40,588 nucleotides of DNA. Source: Candidatus Bathyarchaeota archaeon. Its GTDB lineage: Archaea; Thermoproteota; Bathyarchaeia; 40CM-2-53-6. Position 1 is the stretch's first letter. Each line of letters starts with the position of its first letter. Positions 25,951 to 36,400 of this stretch are shown one piece after another. The notes under the pieces were generated by a model. That model did no database searches and had not been told where the DNA came from. It saw nothing but the letters and a program-made list of their open reading frames with translations. The position numbers were made by a program, and so were the translations under genes. The stretch is taken from assembly GCA_005883085.1 (NCBI GenBank), contig VBAY01000047.1, forward strand, positions 1 to 40,588, in the 5' to 3' direction.

Positions 25951-28458
25951 CTAACTCGTGACTGTAAGTGTGCCGCTGCTCGGGACGTTGCCTAGTACGC
26001 TAGAGGCTGTGAGTGCTGTGGCTGTCAAGCCGTACTGAATCATTGCAGAATAGCTGTATCTTGTGCCGAGGGTACTAGCAGGGAGCGCCGCGGAGAACGC
26101 GAGGTTACTGATGGACTGTCCTGGAAGCAACTGTACCACTATCGATGTAGCTGTGAAAGTCTTTGTGCCTGTAGAGTCGATTCCGATGACCTGGATGCTC
26201 ACGAACAGTGTTGTCGCAGTGTCGAAATTCGTGATTCCAGCTTTGGAGGTGTAGATGCCATTATCTCTGCTGAGTGATACCTTGTGCACTGGCACGAACT
26301 GGATGAACTGTGGTGACGCTGGTACGTGGACGGTCGCGGTCGTGGTGTGCGTTATAGGTCCCGCAATCCCAGTGACGCTAGCAATGTAGTCGCCGGCTGG
26401 GGTTTGAGGTGTTACCCGTACAGTGAGGGTCGTGTGGTTGGGGGTGAAGACGTCTATGAATGTTTGACGCACGGGCACTGAAGCGATAGGGCCGTAGACT
26501 CCACAGTCCGCACATGTACGGACACCGTTGGGGAAGATTATGGTCTGTGGTACCCGTGTTCCGTTGGGGAAGTACACTTGGACGAGGCGGAGCTGCGGGT
26601 TACCCGGAAGCTGTGGGACACGTGTTCTCTCTGGATTTGTGGCGCCGAGGTATGCAACTCCGTTGAACCCGATTTGGAAGTTGGTTGCCGCGAAGCCTCC
26701 GAGACTGGCCAAGTTGATCGTTGAGGTCGCGGGAGTTCCAGGTATGACCGTGAGAGCGGTAGTAACTAGGTGTATCGAAAAGTCGCCTAGTGCGATTGTC
26801 AAGAAGACTCGGTGGGTTATGCTACCGCTGGTAACGCTGATGACGACAGTATAGTTGCCTAGCGCTGAGTTGGCGGTCGTCTCGACCGATAATGTCGAGA
26901 ACACGACGCCGCCTGCGGTCAGCGTAGCTGTCGCGGGGTCGAACCTGGTTACAAGTACGGTTGAGCATGGCGAACAATTGGCCGGTGTATTGGTCCCAGT
27001 TGGAATGACTGTTGCGGAGAAGGTTAGTGGGCCTGCGAATGTTGTTGCGCTGGAGACTTTGATTCCGGAACTCGCGCTTAGACTGGCAAAGGTGATAATG
27101 TGATCTGGGATAGCAGCGAGGTTGAAGTCAGTGCCCGTGATGACAAACGTAACGTCAACGGTATTGGTCACGCCTGCGCTTGTGGCGGTGACTGTGATGT
27201 CATAGGCTGCAAAGTCGGCGGTTGTCGGGATGGTGATTGTCAGGGTGGCTGTGGTGGTTCCGTACGCCGAGAGGGTGACGGAGGCAGGGCTGACAGCGCT
27301 TGTGGGACCGTTAATGTTGACCGCAGTGCTGAATGATATAGTGTCTGCGAAAGCGCTTATGCTGGTGAGGGTAAGGGTGGATGTGCTTGATCCTCCGATG
27401 GGTATGATGAGACCGTTCGCGGGGCTCGCGCTAATGGAAAAGTCTTGTGGAGTGTCCTGGACAACGACGTTTTGGCTATGACTTACTCCAACGGAGCTGG
27501 TCCCGGTCGCCGTTATGACGAAGGTGGGGAATAATAGAATGTCGCCGCCGTTCACGTCAAAGCCGGGGGTCGGATCTGGGGCTGGGCCCGCGGTTAGAGT
27601 GGCCGTAGCCATTCCATTAGCGGGGAGGAAGAGGCTTGGCACGCTGAGCGATACTGCGATAGGTGGTACGGTGGTGCTGCCGATTGGATTGCCGTCCGCG
27701 TCGAAGCTTGGCGGATTGGCGCCTACGCCTGACACAGCGTTAAGGCCGATGGTGTCGGTGAAGCCAGCTTGACTAGTGAGTGTGATGGTGAAGGCGAAGC
27801 TGGAACCTGGCGCAACTGTGGTTGAGTCGGGGGTTACTGCAAAGTTGTAGTCCGCGCCGTGCATGAAGGTGGCCTCCTGAATCGAGACGGGAACTGGAGG
27901 GGCCCCGGGGACACCGTTCGCGATTGTCACACAGACATCTGGGCCTACGCTTGTGCCCGAGCAGCCTGTGTTGAAGAAGATCGGTGTACCGTCTGAGCCG
28001 GCTAGGACTTTGAACACTGCAGTGAACAGTAACCCGTTGGTTGGCGGTGTTGTAGTGGCACCTGCCGTATTGACGGCGGCAAGGTGTACTACTCCGTCAG
28101 CGTCTTGTGGAGCGCATGATGAGCCAGCTTGTAGCAAGCCGTTGATGCAAATGACCAGTGCGCTGAAAGGAATGATGCTGCCTGTGAGATCCGCGCTGAC
28201 CCCGGTGAGGATCGTGGGATCGCTTCTAACCTGAATGTCAAACCCGTTAAGGGCGTCTACTCCTGAAGCTCGAACAGCTATTCTGAGCAAGCCTCCAGGG
28301 GCTTGGTCTAGTGTTGGTGGAAGTGCAGGGCATCCGGTTGTTGATGGATCTGCGAGACATATTTGGCCCGCTGCGTGGGCGTTTGGTATTGCTGGTACGA
28401 CGAATAGGCTTGTAAGTAGCATCAATGGTATGAGGATTACTTTTTCAAGTTTTTTCAA
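25951..28458 (-). CDS. Secreted scaffold: cohesin-like domain + about four Ig-like repeats + conserved C-terminal beta-domain, no TM
   Basis: Signal peptide ending PNAHA; cohesin-like DALNGFDIQVRSDPTIL...TNGLLFTAVFKVLAGSDGTPIFF; repeats of D(F/Y)xxxxxP...STxTLTS...F...GxYxxxVTxTSG; C-terminal domain homologous to that of the giant protein. Confidence 0.82.
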   Translation of the reverse strand: MKKLEKVILIPLMLLTSLFVVPAIPNAHAAGQICLADPSTTGCPALPPTLDQAPGGLLRIAVRASGVDALNGFDIQVRSDPTILTGVSADLTGSIIPFSALVICINGLLQAGSSCAPQDADGVVHLAAVNTAGATTTPPTNGLLFTAVFKVLAGSDGTPIFFNTGCSGTSVGPDVCVTIANGVPGAPPVPVSIQEATFMHGADYNFAVTPDSTTVAPGSSFAFTITLTSQAGFTDTIGLNAVSGVGANPPSFDADGNPIGSTTVPPIAVSLSVPSLFLPANGMATATLTAGPAPDPTPGFDVNGGDILLFPTFVITATGTSSVGVSHSQNVVVQDTPQDFSISASPANGLIIPIGGSSTSTLTLTSISAFADTISFSTAVNINGPTSAVSPASVTLSAYGTTTATLTITIPTTADFAAYDITVTATSAGVTNTVDVTFVITGTDFNLAAIPDHIITFASLSASSGIKVSSATTFAGPLTFSATVIPTGTNTPANCSPCSTVLVTRFDPATATLTAGGVVFSTLSVETTANSALGNYTVVISVTSGSITHRVFLTIALGDFSIHLVTTALTVIPGTPATSTINLASLGGFAATNFQIGFNGVAYLGATNPERTRVPQLPGNPQLRLVQVYFPNGTRVPQTIIFPNGVRTCADCGVYGPIASVPVRQTFIDVFTPNHTTLTVRVTPQTPAGDYIASVTGIAGPITHTTTATVHVPASPQFIQFVPVHKVSLSRDNGIYTSKAGITNFDTATTLFVSIQVIGIDSTGTKTFTATSIVVQLLPGQSISNLAFSAALPASTLGTRYSYSAMIQYGLTATALTASSVLGNVPSSGTLTVTS

Positions 28459-28699
28459 TACGTATTACCCGTTTTTCCTGCGTGCTTATCGGCATCCACT
28501 CGATATAAGAGTTTTCGATATGTGTATCCTCGTTTATAGCCATGAGACACTTGAGATTGAGGTAGACTTCCCAAGTATTCTTGAAATATACGATCGGTAA
28601 ACAGGCCTGCCTCGAAACGGGCTTGGATGGGGAATCAAGATCGTTTCCGGTAAGATCGAACAGGGGCTTTGTATCGCCGATCTTTTCATGGTCTGGGGG

Positions 28700-30319
28700 C
28701 TAGGACTTGGTTCCAAATGCTCGGGCCGCTATACTGACGTCGATGATGTCGATGATGCCGTTGTTGTTGATGTCACAGTGAGGGTCCCATCGCGAAGGAG
28801 TGGCGGGTGTGAATCCGAAATCATAGAAGAACACTGCTACATCAATAATGGTGACTGAGCCGTCTTGGTCAATGTCCCCCAAGGGAATTACGTGGGTAAC
28901 CCTGGTGAATGTGACATTATTGTCAGCCTGGTTGGGGACTGTCTCGCCAGGAACTGGACTGACGTAGGCGGCGACCGAGTACCATGCGGGCTTCCAGTTG
29001 GTCGTATTCATGCTGAACGATAGATTGACTGTGCCTCCGGGTACTGCAAGGTTCTGCTTCGTTACAGAGTTGTAGGAGCTAGAGTTGTATACGGTGAGGG
29101 CAGCTGTTACTATTTCGCTCTGGTCGCCACGATTAAGGATGGTCGCGGTGAATGAGACGATGGCGCTTTGGCCGATTGACGCGAGCCCGCCTGGGTATTC
29201 GATCTGCGTCGACGGGGTAACCGATGTAATTGTTACATCGTGTATTGGCTGTATCGGGCTGGATATTAGCGCGTAAATGTCCTCGTTTGAGACGGGGTTC
29301 GTTGTGTAGAAGAGCCAGATGGACTTGTTGTAAGTGGACTGGACGCCATATGGCTGCATACTGTCAACACTGGTCGAAGTGTTTGTCATCTGGATTTCTG
29401 CGGACCAGGTTGTGCCGCTGTTGTAGGAGTATTTGGAGTAGAGGAGGTAGTAGAAGGAGAGGCCACTGTAGTAGTGCTTCCTCGACCAGAAGAGCCACAT
29501 TGTCCCGTTCCGATCCTGCATAATCGCGGCATGCTCGTCGGAATCAGTCGAGGCGACAACCTTGGTCTCCGCACTCCAGCCCGCTCCGTTGTATGTCCTG
29601 TAGTATACCTGGTAATTCTCGAGAGATCCTAATCCTTTCGACCAGACTACTCTTACAATGTTGTCTTTGCCAACCGTTATGCCGGAGCCCCAGTTCTGGT
29701 TCGTGTCCGAGGTCAGCTTCGTTTCTGTGGACCAGACTCCTGCTTTCAAGGTCTTGTAGTAGAGCTGTTTAGCAGGATCAGTACAAGAGCCGCTGCAGGT
29801 CGAGTTATTCCTTGTCCAGACGAGCCAGAGAGTCCCATCCCTACCAACAGCAGCGGAGGGATTCGTATCGTTGAGAGATGTGCTCGACGCTTGTAGAGGA
29901 TTTGACCATCCTCCAGGACTGTTGTACATCTTGTAGTAGATGAGATAGCTGGCTGCAGGCTTGTACGCCCAGAAAAGCAGGATAGTTCCGTTCGATAACT
30001 GCGCTAGCGCTGCACCCGCGTTTATCCCACCAGTTGTTAGCCGCGATACTGTCGACCAGACCCCGTTTGTGTACGTCTTGTAGGAGATATCGTACTGGGA
30101 GTCTCCTCTGTACCTGTTCGTTTGCCAAGCCAGCCACATGGTCCCGTTGCTGGCTTGGAGACCTGCGTTCAAAATATTGATTCCCGCGTTGTTCTCGATC
30201 GCCGTAGGGCTTCCCCAAAGGGTAGTGGCAGTGACAGGGTGGAACACCAGCGGGAGAAAGACTAGTCCGGCCACAGACAATAGGACTAGGCAAAGTCCCC
30301 GAAGCGATCGCTTCGTCAA
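28700..30319 (-). CDS. Second secreted Asp-box beta-propeller + CARDB-like Ig + dockerin protein
   Basis: Paralog of 24044-25729 (LNDTxPSAxVxRDGTLWLxW, QDRNGTxWLFW, SYNSGTTW); dockerin GDIDQDGSVTIIDVAVFFYDFG...WDPHCDINNNGIIDIIDVSIAARAFG (28703-28879). Confidence 0.85.
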   Translation of the reverse strand: MTKRSLRGLCLVLLSVAGLVFLPLVFHPVTATTLWGSPTAIENNAGINILNAGLQASNGTMWLAWQTNRYRGDSQYDISYKTYTNGVWSTVSRLTTGGINAGAALAQLSNGTILLFWAYKPAASYLIYYKMYNSPGGWSNPLQASSTSLNDTNPSAAVGRDGTLWLVWTRNNSTCSGSCTDPAKQLYYKTLKAGVWSTETKLTSDTNQNWGSGITVGKDNIVRVVWSKGLGSLENYQVYYRTYNGAGWSAETKVVASTDSDEHAAIMQDRNGTMWLFWSRKHYYSGLSFYYLLYSKYSYNSGTTWSAEIQMTNTSTSVDSMQPYGVQSTYNKSIWLFYTTNPVSNEDIYALISSPIQPIHDVTITSVTPSTQIEYPGGLASIGQSAIVSFTATILNRGDQSEIVTAALTVYNSSSYNSVTKQNLAVPGGTVNLSFSMNTTNWKPAWYSVAAYVSPVPGETVPNQADNNVTFTRVTHVIPLGDIDQDGSVTIIDVAVFFYDFGFTPATPSRWDPHCDINNNGIIDIIDVSIAARAFGTKS

Positions 30320-30417
30320 GCCTTCGCTAGTCCCCTAGCAAATCTCGGATTGCTTCACTGTGGCAGAATGGAAAAGATCAATGATACGGAGATGGTGCGT
30401 GGAGTATGACATGATTC

Positions 30418-30453
30418 TAATAAAACAAAGAAGGGAGTTGGAGGGGGGTTTTG
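30418..30453 (-). terminator. Pyrimidine-rich terminator candidate after the giant gene
   Basis: Minus strand AAAACCCCCCTCCAACTCCCTTCTTTGTTTTATT just after the stop at 30465. Confidence 0.5.
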
Positions 30454-30464
30454 GCTTTGCCGTT

Positions 30465-33400
30465 CTACGCGAGTATGGTGAAGCTTCCGCTAGTTCGGAC
30501 GAAGCCGATGGCCGCTGTGCTCTGTTGTGTTAGCGATGTCGGGCTGGTGCCCCAGAGTATCACCATCTGGAAACTGAACGACCTGCCAATGTCCGCGTTG
30601 GTGAACGTCTTCGTCAGGATCAGGTTGGTCAGCAATTGATTTGGCGCGAGAGTGATCACTGATGATGTCAGGGTGAAGGGTACAAAGCCGGCTCCGTCGA
30701 CCACGTTGATCTGTACTTGGGCATAGACGGTTGTGCTGGGATCGGTGTTTTGCAGGCCGAATCTCCATTGCTGCTGGAAGTTATTCTTGGAAAGTTGCAG
30801 GCGCTGCTTCCAGTTGCTCTGGCCAAACGCTGGTGCTGACACCTGTGCACCGCTTACCGTCACATTGACGTTGGTGGAGTGCGTTATTGTCCCGCTCGTG
30901 CCTGTCACGGTCACGATGTAGGTGCCGTTTAGTGAACCCATTACGGTGAGGGTGCTTGAGCCAGACATCATTATACTTGTTGGGCTGAGGGAGGCTGTGA
31001 GTCCCGTGGATGGATTGACGGTGGCCGTTAGGCTGACTGTGCCGCTGAATCCGTTGATGGGGGTGATGGTGATCGTTGAGGTTCCGGTTCCGCCGACGGA
31101 TATGGTGAATGAGGCTGGGCTGGCTGTTATGGTGAAGTCGGGTGTCGTGACATGCAGTGTAATTACTGCGGTTGTGTGGGAGAGCAAGCCGCTAGTCCCT
31201 GTTACGGTGACGGTGTAGTCGCCGTTCGCCGCTGCACTGAGGGATAGGGTTGTGCTGTCGAACCCGCTTGAGAGGACGAGGACGCTCTTGCCGAGAGTGG
31301 CGGTTAGGCCGGCTGACGGGCTTGTCGTAAGCGAGACACTGCCTGCAAATCCGTTGACACTACTTGCGGATATCGGTGTCGTGCATGTTACACCTGGAGT
31401 ACAGTTGACTGTTACCGCCGCGGAGGGTGAAATTGTGAAGTCGTTGAAGTTGAACGTCGCCGTCGCGGAGTGGCTGAGGCTTCCACTGGTGGCCGTGATT
31501 GCAACACTGAACGTGCCGGCTGACGTCGACTTGCATGATACGGTCGAGGTCTGCGGGGACGGTGGCAGTGTTACGCTGGAAGGTGTTACTGAGCAGACAA
31601 GCGGTGCTAGAGCTGTGGCAGAGAGTGTTACAGCTCCTGCAAACCCATTGAGACCGGTGACGGTGACCGTGGAGGACGCGGTTGTGGTCCCATCGGCTGG
31701 AGCCGCGGCTGGCGCGGACGCGCTAATCGTGAAGTCGACCACATGGAATAGGATTGCGGAAGTGGTGTGGGTTAGACCGCCGCTTGTTCCTGTTACGGTG
31801 ACGGTGTAGTCACCAGCAGTTGCAGCGGAGCATGAGAGTGTCGAGGTCTGCGGAGATGTTCCGAAGGTCACACTGGTGGGTGTCAAACCGCATAGTAGAC
31901 CTGTTGGTGTTGAGGCGGACACGGAGAGGTTGACTGTTCCTGTGAAGCTTCCGATAGAAGTTACCGTTATTGTTGAGGTGCCAGAGGCGCCTGCAAGTAT
32001 CTGGGAGGGAGTGACTGCGCTAGCTGAGATGCTGAAGTCCTGTCCTCCGGGTGACACTGCGACGATGACCGTTCGGGTCAGAGTTCCGCTTGTGCCAGTG
32101 ATTGTGACGCTGAAGCTGACGGCACCCGTACATCCCGCAGTTAGGGTTGCGGCGTTAGGTGTTGGGAGAGTGACAGAGGCGGGGGATATGGTGGCTGTGC
32201 ATCCAGCTGGAACGACCGATGTGACGGCTAGCGAGATGCTTCCAGTGAATCCGTTGAGGGCGTTCGCGGATATCGTAGAGGTGCCCGTGTTAGGTGCAGT
32301 GTAGCTGATGCTGGAGGGACTTGAGGTTAGAGTGAAATCGGTTACATGGAAGAGAATTGTTGCCGTCATATGAGATAATGTTCCGTCAGTTCCGGTTACG
32401 ATGACAGTGTAGTCACCTGCTGTTGCTGCGGAGCAGCTCAAGGTTGCTGTTTGTGGGGATGTGCCGAAGGTTACGCTAGCTGGCAACGTGCATGTTAATC
32501 CTGCAGGGGTAGATGCGGATACCGCGAGATTGACGGTTCCGGTCAGGCCATTAATCGCCGTTACGGTGATCGTTGAGGTGCCAGACGCTCCGACCAGTAT
32601 CTGGGTTGGCGATACTGCGCCTGAGGCGATTGTGAAGTCAACGACGTGGAAGAGAATCGAGGCGGTGGTGTGACTCAAGGTTCCATCGGTACCAGTTACT
32701 GTAACGGTGTATTGGCCTGCTGTTGTTGCGGAGCAACTAAGCGTAGCAGTCTGAGGCGATGAGCCGAATGTCACACTCGCCGGGAGGGTGCATGTCAAAC
32801 CGGCCGGAGTGGATGCTGATACTGCAAGTATTGGCCTGCCGTTGTGGCGCTGCATGATAGTGTCGCGGTCTGTGGCGAAGTGCCGAATGTTACGCTGGCG
32901 GGTAGAGTGCAGGTTAGACCCGCAGGTGTAGAAGCGGACACTGCAAGATTGACAGTGCCGGTTAGACCGTTGACCGCCGTTACGGTGATGGTTGAGGCGC
33001 CGGACCCGCCTGCGAGTATCTGTGTTGGGGATACGGCTCCTGCTGCGATTGCAAAGTCAACCACATGGAATAGGATTGCGAAAGTAGTCTGGGTTATGCT
33101 GCCGCTTGTTCCTGTTACGGTGACGGTGTAGTCACCAGCAGTTGCAGCGGAGCATGAGAGTGTCGAGGTCTGCGGAGATGTTCCGAAGGTCACACTGGTG
33201 GGTGTCAAACCGCATAGTAGACCTGCAGGTGTTGAGGCAGACACTGACAGATTGACCGTTCCTGTAAAGCCTCCTTGGGCGGTCAGCGTTATTGTCGATG
33301 TTCCAGACGCACCTGCCAGGATCTGGGAGGGAGTAACAGCACTGGCGGCGATAGTGAAGGTCTGTCCTCCGGGTGATACCGAGATAGTGACGGTTCGGGT

Positions 33401-36400
33401 CAGAGTTCCGCTTGTGCCAGTGATTGTGACGCTGAAGCTGATGGCACTCGTACATCCCGCAGTTAGGGTTGCAGTGTTAGGCGTTGGAAGGGTGACGGAG
33501 GCTGGCGAGATCGTGGCTGTGCATCCAGCTGGAACAACCGATGTAACGGCCAACGAGATGCTGCCGGTGAAGCCGTTGAGAGCGTTCGCGGTTATTGTGG
33601 AAGTGCTTGTGTTGGGCGCAGTGTAGGTTATACTGGCTGGACTCGAGGTTAGGTTGAAGTCGGTTACATGGAAGAGGATTGTTGCCGTTGTATGACTGAG
33701 CGTTCCGTCAGTTCCGGCTACGGTGACTGTGTAGTCTCCTGCCGCTGATGCCGTGCACGAGAGTGTCGCAGTCTGCGGAGAAGTTCCGAAGGTGACACTA
33801 GCTGGTAACGTGCATGTCAGACCCGCGGGTGTAGATGCGGACACTGCTAGGTTCACAGTACCAGTCAAACCATTGACCGCGGTTACTGTGACAGTTGAGG
33901 TTCCAGAAGATCCCACTAGGATCTGTGTTGGTGAAACCGCTCCCGCTGCGATCGTGAAGTCTACAACATGGAAGAGAATTGTTCCTGTTGTATGAGTAAG
34001 TGTTCCATCAGTTCCAGTCACTGTTACGGTGTAATCGCCCGCTGACGCTGCGGTGCAGGACAGTGTTGCTGTCTGTGGAGATGTTCCAAATGTGACGCTA
34101 GCCGGGAGGGTGCATGTCAAACCGGCCGGAGTGGATGCTGATACTGCGAGATTGACAGTTCCCGTTAGACCGTTGACTGCTGTGACTGTGATCGTTGAGG
34201 CTCCGGAGCCGCCTGCGAGTATCTGTGTTGGAGATACTGCGCCCGCTGCAATCGTAAAGTCGACAACATGGAACAGTATTGTTCCAGTTGTGTGACTCAA
34301 CGTACCGTCTGTTCCTGTAACAGTTACTGTGTAATCACCTGCGGAGGCCGCACTGCACGACAATGTTGCGGTTTGCGGCGAGGTTCCGAAAGTGACGCTT
34401 GCCGGGAGAGTGCAGGTTAGTCCAGCAGGTGTGGACGCAGATACTGCGAGGTTAACAGTTCCAGTCAGCCCGTTGAGGGCGGTGACGGTTATGGTCGATG
34501 TGCCGGATGCTCCAGCGAATATCTGGGCTGGCAGGACTGCGCCTGCGGCAATTGTGAAGTCGACGACATGGAAGAGTATGGCAGATGTAGTGTGGCTTAG
34601 AGCGCCGCTTGTTCCTGTTACGGTAACAGTGTAATCGCCAGCAGTAGCGCTGCATGATAGTGTCGCGGTCTGTGGAGAAGTTCCGAAAGTGACACTCGTC
34701 GGTGCTAGGGAGCATATTAGACCGGCAGGTGTCGACGCGGACACTGCGAGGTTCACGGTGCCGGTGAATCCGTTCAATGCAGTGAGGGTGATCGTGGAGG
34801 TTCCTGACGAGCCTGCGAGAATCTGGGTTGGGGTGACAGCACTTGCAGCGATGGTGAAGTCGGCTCCTGGACTGACCGGTACAGTTACGGTTCGGGTCAG
34901 AGTTCCGCTTGTGCCAGTGATTGTAACGCTGAAGCTGATGGCACTAGTGCAGCCCGCTGTCAGAGTCGCAGTGTTAGGTGTTGGAAGGGTGACGGAGGCT
35001 GGCGAGATCGTGGCTGTGCATCCAGCTGGAACGACCGATGTGACGGCTAGCGAGATGCTTCCAGTGAATCCGTTCTGAGCATTAGCAGTTATCGTGGAGG
35101 TCCCTGTGTTGGGTGGAGTGTAGGTAATGGTGGTTGGGCTCGCGGTAATGGTGAAGGCGGTCACGTGGAACAGAATCGATGCGGTCGTGTGCGATAATGT
35201 TCCATCTGTTCCTGTGACTGTTACGGTATAATCAGCTGCATTAGCAGCAGAGCAAGACAATGTTGCTGTCTGCGGCGAGGTTCCGAAAGTGACGCTGGCG
35301 GGTAGAGTGCAGGTTAGACCTGCGGGGGTGGAGGCGGAAACTGCGAGACTAACTGTGCCGGTCAAACCATTGACCGCAGTCACAGTGATAGTCGAGGTTC
35401 CGGAGGCCCCGGCGAGGATCTGGGCGGGACTAACAGCTCCGGCAGCAATGGTGAAGTCAACGACGTGGAAGAGAATTGTCGCTGTCGTGTGAGTGAGAGT
35501 TCCATCAGTACCAGTTACTGTGACAGTGTAGTCACCCGCAGCAGTTGCGCTGCATGACAATGTTGCGGTCTGTGGAGATGTTCCGAAGGTGACACTAGCT
35601 GGTAACGTGCATGTTAGACCTGCGGGTGTAGAGGCGGATACCGCAAGGTTGACAGTGCCTGTAAGACCGTTCACAGCGGTCACTGTTATCGTAGAGGTTC
35701 CGGAGGAACCGGCTAGTATCTGGGTTGGCGATACTGCGCCTGCGGCAATTGTGAAGTCAACGACGTGGAAGAGAATCGAGGCGGTGGTGTGACTCAAGGT
35801 TCCATCGGTACCAGTTACTGTAACGGTGTATTGGCCTGCTGTTGTTGCGGAGCAACTAAGCGTAGCAGTCTGAGGCGATGAGCCGAATGTCACACTCGCC
35901 GGGAGGGTGCATGTCAAACCGGCCGGAGTGGATGCTGATACTGCAACGGCGGTGCATGATAGTGTCGCGGTCTGTGGGGAAGTGCCGAATGTTACGCTGG
36001 CAGGGAGAGTGCAGGTTAGTCCCGCTGGGGTCGAAGCGGATACTGCTAGGTTCACGGTGCCTGTGAACCCGTTCACCGCTGTTACGGTAATTGTCGAGGT
36101 TCCTGATGCTCCGGCTAGAATCTGGGAAGGAGCAACTGCTCCAGCGGCGATGGTATAGTCTACTACATGGAATAGGATTGTGCCTGTAGTGTGGGTTAGA
36201 GTGCCGCTTGTACCCGTAGCAGTGACGGTATAGTCACCTGCTGCTGATGCACTGCACGATAGTGTCGAGGTTTGCGGGGAAGTTCCGAAAGTGACACTCG
36301 TCGGTGCTAGGGAGCATGTTAGACCGGCAGGTGTCGACGCGGACACTGCGAGGTTCACGGTGCCGGTGAATCCGTTCAGTGCGGTTAAGGTGATCGTGGA

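Noticed and set aside
22445-30319. A true cellulosome
   Set aside because: No recognisable cellulase or CBM3 domains are present, and each visible scaffold has only one cohesin-like domain.
32795-32855. Programmed frameshift or two separate genes
   Set aside because: There is no slippery sequence, the downstream ORF has no signal peptide, and the break coincides with a duplicated segment end and a partial repeat loss.
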